A stretch of 64,000 nt of DNA from NCBI RefSeq assembly GCF_006345805.1, contig NC_043006.1, positions 58,776,001-58,840,000 on the forward strand, in the 5' to 3' direction. The notes below the pieces were generated by a model that saw only the letters and a list, made by a program, of their open reading frames with translations, ran no database searches and was not told where the DNA came from. Position numbers and translations under genes: made by a program. Positions 39,165 through 52,666 of this stretch are shown piece after piece (position 1 is the first letter of the stretch; each line of letters starts with the position of its first letter). The stretch comes from Octopus sinensis. Its lineage: Eukaryota.

Positions 39165-42100
39165 GAATATGAGGAAATAAGCCGAATGAGAATTTAAAAA
39201 AAATTGGATTTTAGCGATCATTCATGGCGACTATATATATAAAATGTACAGAAAACAAAAGATGACAACAGGTGAGAGGACAACAAGCAGGTGTATTAGT
39301 TTGAAGCTTGGGAAGAATGGAAGGTCTTTGAAGTGTTTGAGCCTACGCACTTCGACATAAAAGATTGAGAGGAAATAAAGATGGAGAGATTTGTTGAATT
39401 TCTAGATTGCAGAAACACCAGTTGCCATGTAGTGAGCGATAAAAACACTCTGACATATACTAACATAACAACATATATAAACTCATACATATACGATGCA
39501 TTTCCGCACAGGTTCCATTTACAAAATTCACTGAGAATGCATTGACTGAATCTGATTTATAGTGAGAGGCATTTGCTAAAAGTGCTGCATAGTTGGACTG
39601 AACTCGGAACCGCGTGTTTGCCAAGCGAGCTTCGTAACTACACACACACACACACACACACACACAGAGACTAATATTTTTGCACAGTATTTCTGGTGTG
39701 CTAGATATTTGGAAACGGTAGTGGTGGCGGTGGAGGGGGAACAAATACACGGACACACGCATGCACACAAATATACGCATACACATAGTGGTTAGGATTG
39801 CTGGCTTTTACCCAGGCGGACCGGTGGCCCCAAAACATTGGCGGCTCGGCAATGGAGACCGACAGAATAAGTACCAAGCTTCAAAATAAGTCTGGGTGGG
39901 GTGAGGGTCGATTCATGTGACTAAATCTTTTCAAAGCGATGCCTCAGCATGGCTGAAGTCTAATGAGTGAAACAAATAAAGAAATAAGAGATGACAGTTA
40001 TTCAGTGATTAAAGGTTACAGGTATTTTTTTTGGCTGCTGAAAGGAAGAGGCTGTGCTCAAACTTGTTACCTTCACTCGAATATTTACAGGAGAGTGGAG
40101 TTGAAAGCACTCAATACAGAAAAACATCGATTTCCTGGAACCTTTGGTTTCAAAATCTTTCCGGATTATTGACTTTTTCCGAACCAGTGGTTCACTTCTA
40201 AATTAAACAAATATTGGTTTCTAATTTTGGCACAAGACCAGAAAATTCAGGTAAGTGGCTAAGTCGATTATGTTGACCCCACCGTTCAAATGGTACTTAT
40301 TTTATCGATCTCGGCGGCATTTGAACTCAGAACGTAAAGTCGGCCGAACCACCGCTAAACAATTTGCCCAGCGTACTAACATTTCTGCCACTCCATCATC
40401 TTTAATTATACAAATATTGAATTTACTTAAGTAGTTAAATGAAATACGGGTCCCTCAATGGTTAGAGCGTCGGGCTCACAATTATGAGGTAATGAGTTCG
40501 ATTCCTGGACCGGGCTGTGTTGTGTCCTTGAGCAGCTGTAGAAATGAGTTGCGACGTCACCGATGCCAAGTTGTATCGGCGTTTGTCTTTCCCTTGGATA
40601 ACATCGGTGGAGTGGAGGCTGCTATGTATGGGCAACTGCTGGTCTTCCATAGGCAACTTTTCCCGGACTTGTACCTCGGAGGAGGACTTTTGAGATGCAA
40701 TCCCATGGTCATTCATGACCGAAGGGGGTCGTTACCTTTACTGTGCAAGGTACTGTGCAATAGAGCTTTCCAGTAAACAACTCTGCCAGCCGTAGGAATT
40801 TGAAGTTTCTGCACGTAAATTAATGCGGATTATAAGGTGTTCCGGATCTCCAGTGTCCTGAAAGCCAGTGTTGTGTCTTTAACCTGATGGCGGTGTAAAA
40901 CCGTGCGATGGATTAAATTCATCACCCAATGTCATTAGGTCACAAAATCTTATTTTCCTTCCTACAGTCCTAAGAAAACAATACGAAATTATTTTATAAT
41001 CGATTTTGGAATCCCTATATATAACTGGTCGTAAGTTTATCGATTTCAAGAATAAATAAAAGAAATAGTGGTGGTGGGGGTTTGCGCTCCGAACATAGAC
41101 ATTCGAAACTAACTATGCAATCGTATTAAAGAGTTCAACCAGGGTGGGGGGGGATAGAAAATGGTGGTGGTGGTGGCGGGGTCTTTTCAGATATCCTCAC
41201 TAACGATCGAAAAGCAATAATTATTCACATTTCTGTCAATGTTTTCAATTAGCTAATATCCGCAAAAACACACACACACACACACACACACACCACACAC
41301 ACACACAAATAAACATAAATATATAAATAAAAGATAACACAAATATTCACATTATGTTAGATGGATTCGATAATTACACTTGAAACATAATATAAAAATC
41401 ATCATCATCATCATCATCATCACCATCATCAGCAGCAGCAGCAGCAACGACAACAAAAGGAAAATAACGTAATCAAAAACCTAATTTGTGCATTGTCACG
41501 CCATAAAAAAAAAAAGAACTTTATTACCTTCGCTTACCGAAATCATAATTATTTATTCGTGTTTATAACAACACTATCATGTTGAAATTCGACATAGTGC
41601 CTTTATTATTATTATTATTATTACCCTTTACTCTTTTACTCTTTTACTTGTTTCAGTCATTTGACTGCGGCCATGCTGGAGCACCGCCTTTAGTCGAGTA
41701 AATCGACCCCGGGACTTATTCTTTGTAAGCCCAGTACTTATTCTATCGGTCTCTTTTGCCGAACCGCTAAGTTACGGGAACGTAAACACACCAGCATCGG
41801 TTGTCAAGCAATGCTAGAGGGACAAACACAGACACACAAACACATACACACATATATATATATATACATGTATACGACAGGCTTCTTTCAGTTTCCGTCT
41901 ACCAAATCCACTCACAAGGCATTGGTCGGCCCGGGGCTATAGCAGAAGACACTTTATTATTATTATTATTATTATTACTATTGTTGTTGTTGTTGTTGAG
42001 TGAGAGAGCAGTGCATGCCATCAAAGTGACACTGGGGTAAAATATACGAAGCCCAGTATAACCATCATGACTACCTGTCTGATAAGGGTACATCAGGCAC

Positions 42101-42389
42101 ATGCATCACAACCATGTGTGCGCGACATGGTGATCTCATATCAAGATAAACAGCGCATGACCTTGCAGGTGGGGCCCAGAATAAGTATTGTTTAAGGATG
42201 TTGAACGAACCACCCATGTTCCAAAGGTGAATTATCCAAACCCCCAAGAATTCCTTTCAACACACGGCTATGATGCTCCCCCACTACTTCTGCTTGTGAT
42301 CAGAGATGAACATATCGTCAGTCACTAAGGGACATGCTCAACTGATTAAGGTCAAACAACTGACAAGCAAATCTGTGGCATTGAGCAGA

Positions 42390-42427
<38 letters not shown>

Positions 42428-44153
42428 ATGCAGTTCCATTTTCTAAATAACTGTTCTTACATTCTTACTTTTAAACAGGATTTAAGCAAACAAATAAACC
42501 TTAAGAGTATAGAGTCAAACAGAGAAACTGATCAAATTATATGTTTAAAAGTCTTTCCAGCGCAGATGGTAAACCATATGTGTCTAATTGCAAGCGAAAC
42601 GGGAGCCGATTATTCTTTGTTATTATTACGGGGGTTCAAAAGCCGAAGCTATCTGGCAGAATCGTTAGCAGGCGGGGCAAAATGTTTAGCGGCATTTCGT
42701 CCGTCTTCACGTTCTGAGTTCAAATTCCGCCGAGGTCAACTTGTTTACTGGCATCTTTGGATTGTAGAGTATTTATAAACTTGTACCAGTTCTAATAATG
42801 TATAAGTACCTGCATTTCAGTAGATGATTTATTTGGCTTTACGCCAAAATTTGAAACCCGTTATTACGAGGCTCAATAACGAAGCGATTTGGCATTTCTT
42901 CTACCCATTTAAGTTCTGAGTTCAAATCCCCTTAAGGTTGATTTGCCTTTCATTCTTTCGGGGTCGATAAAATAAGTGTCAAGTGAGTACTGGAGTCGAT
43001 GTAATCGACAAATCACCGTTTAATTTTCCGGTCAGGAAACCCTGGGTAGCTAAATTTCAAGATTTTTGTGTAGTTCTTATGAATGATATCTTTACTTTCT
43101 TCACTGACTGAGTTCTCTACTACTTGCTGAACTTCATACCACACTTGTGTATATATAATACGTACACGGAAATACATGCATATCTACCTATCTATCTGTT
43201 AGTGAATCTAAATGCTTTTGTGTGAGTGTTGATGTGCCAAAGAAGTAAAAATATACAAAAATAAAAATGGATGTACGCACTACATATACACAATATTAAA
43301 TGTTTGTCTTCATATAAATCTATATATAAAAATTGTTGGACATTAAATTGAAGTATCGCTGAAATTTTTGTAGACAACTATGTTCATTAATCTTTACAAG
43401 AAAAACCTTTTCCTGGTGTATGTATGTGTGTGTGTGAAGAAAAGTTTTTATCGAAATTTATATGTTTCTCGCGTGAGACAAGCCATCGCAAATCTAAAAT
43501 TACATGGTCGGTTTTAGATAAGATACAAGAATACAAGAACAATGGCTTGAAATAAAAGAAAAATGCAGTGTGACTTTTTTGAGCGTAAAACTAAGGATTT
43601 TAATTCAAGGAAGTAACAGTTTGAACAAAAGAACGGAATTGTTAGTGATTTGTATGCACGGAGCTAAGAATATCTTGTATAGTTACCAACCTTCATAAAT
43701 TTCGTCCTCGTTCGAAGAGAAATAGTAAATTAATTTATATAATATGAATATCCGCACATGTTTGTGGACGTATATGCATGTATATGTATGTCTCCATATA
43801 TATATATATGCACGTATGTACATGTGTGTATGTATGTATGTACATGTATATATGAATGTGTATATTTGCATATATAAATATGCATGTGTGTGTGTGTGTA
43901 TGTGTGTGTGCGTGTGTGTGTGTATATGTGCATATGGATATATGTACAAACGCATACACATGCACAAAATTCACTCACAAACATTGTTTTAAGAATATTA
44001 CTTTAAAATATTACTTAACAACGCAATTTCATGAGTAAAGTTATTAAAGTGAATTCGCTTCTATGAAGTTGAAGTCGTCTGTGCTACCCTAATAGATCTA
44101 GGAATGAAATGAAAAATGTAAGCTTGAAACAGCCGTTCTTGCACGTATCAATA

Positions 44154-44518
44154 AGTGGTTAGGGCAGCGGACTCGCGGTCATAGGATCGCGGTTTCGATT
44201 CCCAGACCGGGCGTTGTGAGTGTTTATTGAGCGAAAACACCTAAGCTCCACGAGGCTCCGACAGGGGATGGTGGTGATCCCTGCTGTACTCTTTCACCAC
44301 AACTTTCTCTCACTCTTACTTCCTGTTTCTGTTGTACCTGTATTTCAAGGGGCCGGCCTTGTCACTCTCTGTGTCACGCTGAATCTCTCCGAGAACTACG
44401 TTAAGGGCACACGTGTCTGTGGAGTTCTCAGCCACTTACACGTTAATTTCACGAGCAGGCTGTTCCGTTGATTCGGATCAACCGGAACCCTCGTCGTCGT
44501 AACCGACGGAGTGCTTCC
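44154..44518 (+). mobile_element. tRNA-derived SINE, same family as 19830-20221
   Basis: Near-identical reverse complement of 19830-20221. Confidence 0.88.
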
Positions 44519-44749
44519 TTAATAAGAAGATTTTAAAAAGAGTAACATAAGGAATAGTGTTTTATTCATACTTTTCATTTAATATTTCAAAATATATTCA
44601 AACAATAGATATTCGAAAGGAAAACAGGCTAACCAGAAACGTGTAACACGGAGTTCTGAAATTATGAGTTTTTCAGTTATAACGTACTACAGGATTCTCT
44701 GCACTAATTGGATTCTCTTATTTATTACCTCTCAGTGAATCAACAGAGC

Positions 44750-44861
<112 letters not shown>

Positions 44862-44899
44862 ATATATATATAATATATATATATATATACATCCGTATA

Positions 44900-45160
44900 C
44901 ATACAATAGAGATATGTTTTTGTTTCACTTTTAACACGTAATACTGAAATAGTGGAGAAGATATGATATTGCTGTGGGCTCGCTCTAGGCAAGAAGTTAA
45001 ACATTTTTTTTGCCCATGACACTTACATGGACCCTAAGTAAGGCATGTGTAAAATTTGAATGAAATTGGTTGTGTAGTTCTCAAGTTTTAGGGAAACACA
45101 CAGACAGTCAGACAGACAGACAGACACACACACACATTCTCAGTTTTATATATATAGAGA
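44900..45160 (-). mobile_element. Helitron-like 5' fragment
   Basis: The minus strand begins A|TCTCTATATATATAAAACTGAGAATGTGTG, similar to the 5' end of the 37028 Helitron. No CTAG end was seen. Confidence 0.45.
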
Positions 45161-45191
45161 TATATATCTAAATTATATGTTAATTGTTAGG

Positions 45192-45266
45192 TATGGTTAC
45201 TGATGAGGATTCGCCTAGCAAATTATTTTATTTGCTAAAATAATCTGAAACCTAGGTATGACCGTA
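45192..45266 (+). ncRNA. Intact type-I hammerhead ribozyme with extended stem II
   Basis: TATGGTTA CTGATGA GGATT cgcc TAGCAAAT tatttt ATTTGCTA aaat AATCT GAAA CCTAGG T A TGACCGTA. 8-bp stem I (two G-U), full core, palindromic stem III ACCUAGGU, cleavage triplet GUA. Confidence 0.82.
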
Positions 45267-45407
45267 AAAAACAACAAGGTAAAAGTTTTTATTTTTCATT
45301 CCCTTCGAAAATTGCTCTTAAAATGTGGTTTTGGTCGTTTTTGACTGCTTCTTCTAGCGTGTTAAAAATTACCTATTAAAGGTAGTTTTCTTTTGTGTTT
45401 AAATGTA

Positions 45408-45485
<78 letters not shown>

Positions 45486-46655
45486 ATAATAACAATAATC
45501 CTGGGATGGAATTTATAAACATTTAATGGAAATCAACTCGTGACCGAGTAAGACCACTTAGTAAGTCCATACAAATGATCTAAGAATCCAAGAAATTCCA
45601 TGCGTGAAATTGTTTTGAGCGGACAAAGTGTTGCACAGCACTGAACCTACTTTTCAGTGCAATCAGCTATAGGACCAGTGGCACAAGAGAGGTTGAGACG
45701 AGCAGAAACCAAGAATAATTCAGCTTTTTTCTATATACGAGTTTACATTCTTCTAGAAGAAAATTCTTATGAGAAGTAAGGATCCTTCCACCCCAGTGGT
45801 TCCCATACTAGTTAACACATAGCTAAGACCCTAAAAAGTACAATAGTGGTCAAGAAGTGGTCACATTTTCCTCAAAATGCTAGAGCTCCTGTACCAGGGA
45901 TGCAGTTTTAAGGCGTACAAGCATACATAGACAGATAGACACACACATACATATATGCGCTCGCACACACACATGCACACACACACATACCCCCACGTAT
46001 ATATATGTATGTGTATACATACCTATTTTTGCAAGAATTTAAAACTACGGGAGTTATGACGAATATCATTTTTAAAGGTGGAACTAAAAGTAGAATATCG
46101 AATTAAAAACCCTTTGGACGGCAAAATTGGAAGGCTGCTCACCCCTGTAGACGAACCTTCATCTTTCATACAAGTTTTTTTTCTTTAACTCAATATTCTT
46201 TTCTACTCTAGGTACAAGGCCCGAAATTTCTGGGGAGACGGGGCAGTCGATTAGATCGACCTAAGTACACAACTGGTACTTAATCTATCGACCCCGAAAG
46301 GATAAAAGGCAAAGTCGAGCTCGGTGGAATTTGAACTCAGAACGTAACGGCAGACGAAATACCGCTAAGCATGTCCCCCGGCGTGCTAACGTTTCATATT
46401 TCTTTACTGCCTACAAGGGGCTAAACATAGAGGGGACAAACAAGGACAGACAAAGGGATTAAGTCGATTACATCAACCCCAGTGCGTAACTGGTACTTAA
46501 TTTATCCACCCCGAAAGGAAGAAAGGAAAAGTCGACCTCGGCGGAATTTAAACTTAGAAAGTAAAGTCAGACGAAATGCCGCAAAGCATTTCGCCCGGCG
46601 TGCTAACGTTTCTGGCAATTTGCCGCCTTCTTTAATTCAATATTCTGCATGCTAT

Positions 46656-46688
<33 letters not shown>

Positions 46689-46706
46689 AAACACACACAC
46701 ACAGAC

Positions 46707-46744
<38 letters not shown>

Positions 46745-47244
46745 ACACACACACACACATACACACACACACACGCGCACGCACACACATACATATACAC
46801 ATATGTATAAATCATATATATATGCAAATAAATACAAATACATACATACACTTATATATACATGTATGTATTTAAAAGTATATGCTGGAAGCGCAAAAAT
46901 AAGACAGGCAAATACGAAAAAAAAAATATATGATCTAAAAATTTTTGCAATAGAACATTAATGGCATTAAAACACATTTATTGAAGTAAAAGATTTTATT
47001 ACCACACACGACATTCTTGTAGCAATTATCGAGGAAACATTCTTACTAGCAGAGCACAAAACCACTATTCTAAATTTACCATAATCAGACTAGACAGACC
47101 CTTTCACAATGGGGGTGATCTTATGACATACGTACGAATTTGCATTCAATTTGTGGATATCACAAATATCATTCTTGAACTAATAAGAAATGACACTACA
47201 GTAGGAATGCAGGCTTTTAAAATATAAAAAAAGTCACAACAAGA

Positions 47245-47305
<61 letters not shown>

Positions 47306-49048
47306 GCGTATATATATATATATATCTGTATATATATATCTATATATATCTATATATATATATCTATTTATATGTGAATATATATCTACATACATGTATA
47401 TATATATGCATAAACGTGTATATGTATATTATATGTGTGCATATATATCATTAATGCTATCATGAACTGTTCCATCAACTACCAGCTTTAACACTGTCAT
47501 GATCAACATCTTTGGAGATGTCATCAAATACTCAACATCTCCTGATAGTTAAGTAGTACAGATAACAAAATAGATAAAATATCATCAATCCTAGACTCCC
47601 TTTACATCCTAAAGAACCCACACTAACACGCACCCGGCCACGCACTCATACATACATACATACATACATACATACACTCATCACCAAGTCAACTACAACT
47701 TCACTTCTGCTCCAAAATTTAAGACCCGTTATTATAGGCCTCAAAAACGAAGCGATTTGGCAGGATCGTAAGCTTGTCGAACAAAATGCTTAGCGGCATT
47801 TCTTCCACCAGGTTAAGTGCTGATTTGAAATTCCTTGAGGTTGATTTGCCTTCCATCCTTTCGGGGCCAATAAAATAAGTGCCAGGTGAGTAATGGAGTC
47901 GAAGTAATCGACAAATCCCCCATTTAATATTCCGGTCAGGAAACCCTGGGTAGCTAAATTTCATAATTTTTTGGTGTAGTTCTTATGAATAATATCTTTA
48001 CTCTCTTCTCTAACTGAGTTCTCTAAGTAAACTTAGTAAACTTCATACTTACTCACATTTAACAATCACTCGTCAAACAGTTCATTAACTTTCTTTGGAC
48101 CACTTACTACTCCTCATCAATTTAATAGGTTGTATACAGAACATATATTTTTGAATTAAGATACTAAAAATGAAAGCGAACCTTGACATGCAATGGAAGC
48201 ATATTTCCTTTTGCCTCTGCAAGTTTTAAACTCTACAATCCATGACAGTTTGACGAAAAATCAGTTTTGAATACCTAGACACTTATACAATATCACTGAT
48301 CAATGTTAAAACAACATCTTAAAAGCATTCTTCGAAAAATACACAAAATAACTGCAACTTCAAAAGGTTCATTGTACGTAGACAAATTGCTACTCTGCTG
48401 CATTCCACCAACAGTAAGTGCAGAAGAATAGCAACGGCTGTGGTTTTACAGAATTCATCATGATACCCCTAATACTTTCGTGGATGCCACTAGAGTTTGT
48501 GGGTTCATAGGAATAGACTAGAGAGTGAGAAGAGTAGAATATATCTACACTATCACACTGCACTTTAATACAAATCATAAATACATATCGGAGCGTACAA
48601 TTGGTTCTTAGCAAAGCAGAGATATGGTAAACCTAGAAAGAGGAATAAGTGACTCGCTCTACGTCGTTCAACCGAGGACGTATGCAGCATAAGATCGCTG
48701 AATCAGGGCTGACTGGGGGTCTAAACAACAACAACAAACAAAACCACCACCACTAACACCAACAACAACAACAACTGCAGCAGTCGTAACAGCAGCTACA
48801 ATAATGTCAGATTGAACAGACTTTTAACTGTAATCAAGTGCCACACGGAGTAGCTAGAGTTGATCATGTTAAAAACAGATTCGGTACTAACTTGTTGTTT
48901 AGCCCCAGGTCAGCCGATGATTCTTTTCATTCAGAAATAGCTTATACAAGACTACATTATTCAATGTGCCATAACCTTTTAACAGTGTAAGCTGAGCACT
49001 GGGTGGGGGTGACGTAATCGACTTCCCCGTGCCAAAATAAGAAAGGAT

Positions 49049-49079
<31 letters not shown>

Positions 49080-49127
49080 ATATATATATATATGTAATAT
49101 AATATGTGACAATTATTCGGTAGCCAT

Positions 49128-49188
49128 GATAAAACTCCGAGTTTCGGATGTCGGGGTAGAAATCCACGCCGCCATCTCTTCAGTTATC
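49128..49188 (-). ncRNA. Type-I hammerhead motif within a PLE pseudo-LTR-like partial tandem/inverted structure (49105-49410)
   Basis: GATAA CTGAAGA GATG...CATC C GAAA CTCGGAG T T TTATC. A direct repeat of ~60 bp occurs at about 49106 and 49256; inverted repeats lie at about 49222-49250 and 49378-49408. Confidence 0.7.
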
Positions 49189-49450
49189 CGATCACCGGAA
49201 AAAATGCTATGAAAATGACCTATGTAAATAGAGGAATTTATCTGTAAATGTAATTGTGACAATTATTCGGTAGCCATGATAAAACTCTGAGTTTCGGATG
49301 TCGGGGTGGAAATGGCTTTTCTGATAATTTTCCACTTCAATAAGTTGAGGTTTCAACTAGTAAACTTATAAACATCTAATTACAGATAAATTCCTCTATT
49401 TACATAATATCGAGATTTCTTTCATTCTTTTGTTTTCTTACCATTTCTAT

Positions 49451-49493
<43 letters not shown>

Positions 49494-52400
49494 TATATAT
49501 ATATATATATTATATTAAATTAGAGATAAAAACACTATTAGGCAAATCAAACAGTGAAAATCATAAGCCAATACATAGAAAAAAAAAATATAAATACTAT
49601 GTGTGTGGACATTCTCGGTCCCTCATTAGTTGTCGACCAAATATCACCACGCTTTCGACACTTATGCTAATACTGTTAAATCTGTTGGTGTCAGCAACAT
49701 AAAAAGCTAGGTGAATAAGTCAACAGTCAGGAAAGGCGGACACGAACAGAAAATAATGAAACAAGTACAATAACATTTTACAAGAATGTTGCTCATTATA
49801 TGCTGGGAAATATTACAAATATATTTTTAGCATTTTGGAAATAACAACACATAATCTTACCTGGGTACAATAATTATAATTTTAATTTTGCTTTCAAATT
49901 TCATGATGCTTATACAGAATAATGACATTAATTCTGATTTATAAAATAAAATTATTTATTGAATTAAATCAAAATTCTCATTTGTATATTTGCATTAAAT
50001 GTATTCTATCAATAACACCGATACTGCTTTATAATCAATTAATTATAGATGTAATATATTAATTCCATATATGGCAGCTAGAGATTTTTAGCGTTATCAA
50101 GTAATTAATAATTAGTATTACTACTTGAATATTAACCTTTTACATGACAGTGGTTTAATGTGAGAACATAGTTTTGCAACTGTGATCAATATCAAATAAT
50201 GATACAAAGCAGTGAGCTCGTTGGCTCGTTAACTCGTTGGGGAAAAAAAGCTTAGCGGCTTTTCGTACGTTCTGAGTTCAAATTCCACCGAGGTCAACTT
50301 TGAATTTCATCCTTTCGGGTCGATAAAATAAGTACCTGTTGAACAGGGATCGATGTAATCGGCTAATCCCCTCTCACCAAATTTCTGGCAGTGTACCAAA
50401 ATTTTAAACCAGTATCAAGTAATGATAACATAAACGCAATGAATATGACTTACTTTTTTTCTCAAATTTCAAATAAGTTCCCAAAATTTTTACTTGAATT
50501 ATAAATAAAATAAATGCGCCCTTTTAAAGCCTAGCCAGGCTCATGGGCCTGGTTTCCCGGTTTCTATGGCGTATGTGTTTCCCAGCTGGACGGGACGCCA
50601 GACCATCGCAGCGTTACTCATTTTTGCCAGCTGAGTGGACTGGAGCAACGTGAAATGAAGTGTTTTGCTCAAGAACACAACGCGTCGCCCGGTCTAGAAA
50701 TCGAAACCACAATCTTACGATCATGATGCTGACACACTAACCACTAAGCCACGCGCCTCCACACTTGAACTATATTTTAATCTTATAAACTAAATTTTCG
50801 AATAATTTAAGTAGTATTAAATTTTCCATTTCGTTATATTTTGACCAGCTATTTTCTATAATTATTTATTCATATGTTACTATATGTACAACACCCCCCT
50901 TATAATCCGCACTGATTTACGGTTAGGAATTCAGACTGCCGTGGCGTTAAGACTTCTTTATTGGTATCTTTCTTTTGCACACTGGTAATTTGCACTGTAC
51001 AGTATTAATAAACTTGTACCAACTATACTAATGTACAGACACGTGTATTTCAGTCGATTACTTAAGTTAATTTAATATTCGTTTTACTTTAAGGTGTCGA
51101 GCTGGCAGAATCGTTAGTACACCGGGCAAAATAACCAGCAGAATTTCGCACGTCTTTACGTTCTGAGTTCAAATTCTGTTGAGGTTAACTTTGTCTTTCG
51201 TCTTTTCGGGATCGATAAAATAGGTACTAGTTAAGTCGATTACATCGACTTGATCCTCTATGAAATTGCTGGCCATGTGTTAAAATTTGAAACCGATATT
51301 TACTTACTTTAGAGTATGTTGATCAAAGTATCCACCCCTGTTTTGGAAAAATCACTAACCTGTAAAAGCTTTGGAACCAAAGTTTCTGGGCAATCGATGG
51401 TGAACTTGCATTTCTTCATGTTTCTTTTAAGGGTTAGTTAGGGGAAAAGAGCACGACCCTTTATAGGGCCTCTAAAGCTTGTAGAAGGAAGGGAAGAAGA
51501 CAGCCTTATATAGGAGACCTGACTCGAATACTTGTAACTGAGCAGATTTAGCCAAAGTCCTCTAAGGATTAGATTAAACAGGATGAGAGAGTAAATCTAT
51601 CACCCAAGTAAGTCACAGCAGAATTTGAGCCTAGAAAGCAAAGAGCCGGAACAAATATCATAAGGCCGATATTTTAATGATTCTACCAAAACCTACCTAA
51701 CACCATAGACCGGTGCTTAATCAGCTTCAGAAGAACGTAAGGTAAAATTGAGCTCGACCAGATTTGAACTCAGAACGCAGAGCTGAACAAACATCGCAAG
51801 ATATCGCGTCCGGTACTCTACCAATTGCGCCAAGCCTTACCACCTTAGAATGGTGTTTGATTCATCGACCCAAAAATATTGAAAGGTAAAGTTGACTTTG
51901 GTGGAATTTGAACTCTGAACGCAAAAAGCCAGTATATATACTGCATGACATTTCATTTGATATAACTACACCTTGAAATCTTTGCCCACGTCTTACTAAG
52001 ATAGTTTAGAAAATTGCAAATCCAAACTTACAGATCGCAGGTACAATCGATTTACGTAAAACTGCCAATTTCAATTTCATAACTTAACAACAAACCAATA
52101 AAAAATGACCGCGTTATTATTTTCTTGAACTTGCTGTATTTCTTTTGCAGCAAAAGTCTTATTACTTTCATATTTTAGTTAACTGTTCTAAAGTAAATAT
52201 TTGCACAATAAACGTTTTATGTTTAAATTCTACGTCAAGAGTTTATTTCCAATGTTTTAATGAACTCCATTAAAAATATTTGCATCATAAACATTTTTGC
52301 ACAAATTCTATAAAAATTCATCATAGTGGCAGGTATGGCAGAGTGATTAAGAAGCTCATTTCATAATAACTACTGCATGGCACCTTGGGTAAGTGTCTCC

Positions 52401-52626
52401 TGCTACGCTTTATGAATGACTCTGCTAAAAGGAAACTATATGGAAGCCCATCAAATATATATATATATACAGAGTGGCTGTGTGGTAAGAAGTTTGCTTC
52501 TCAACCACATGGTTCCGGGTTCAGTACCATTACGTGGTACCTTGGACAGGTATCGTCTACTCTAGCCCCAGGCCAGCCAAAGCTTTGCGAGTGGATGTGG
52601 TTGATGGAAACTGAAAGAAGACCATC

Positions 52627-52661
<35 letters not shown>

Positions 52662-52666
<5 letters not shown>

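Noticed and set aside
49106-49313. Direct repeats with a spacer as a CRISPR array
   Set aside because: Only two ~60-bp copies in a eukaryotic context with no cas genes; explained as a PLE terminal duplication.
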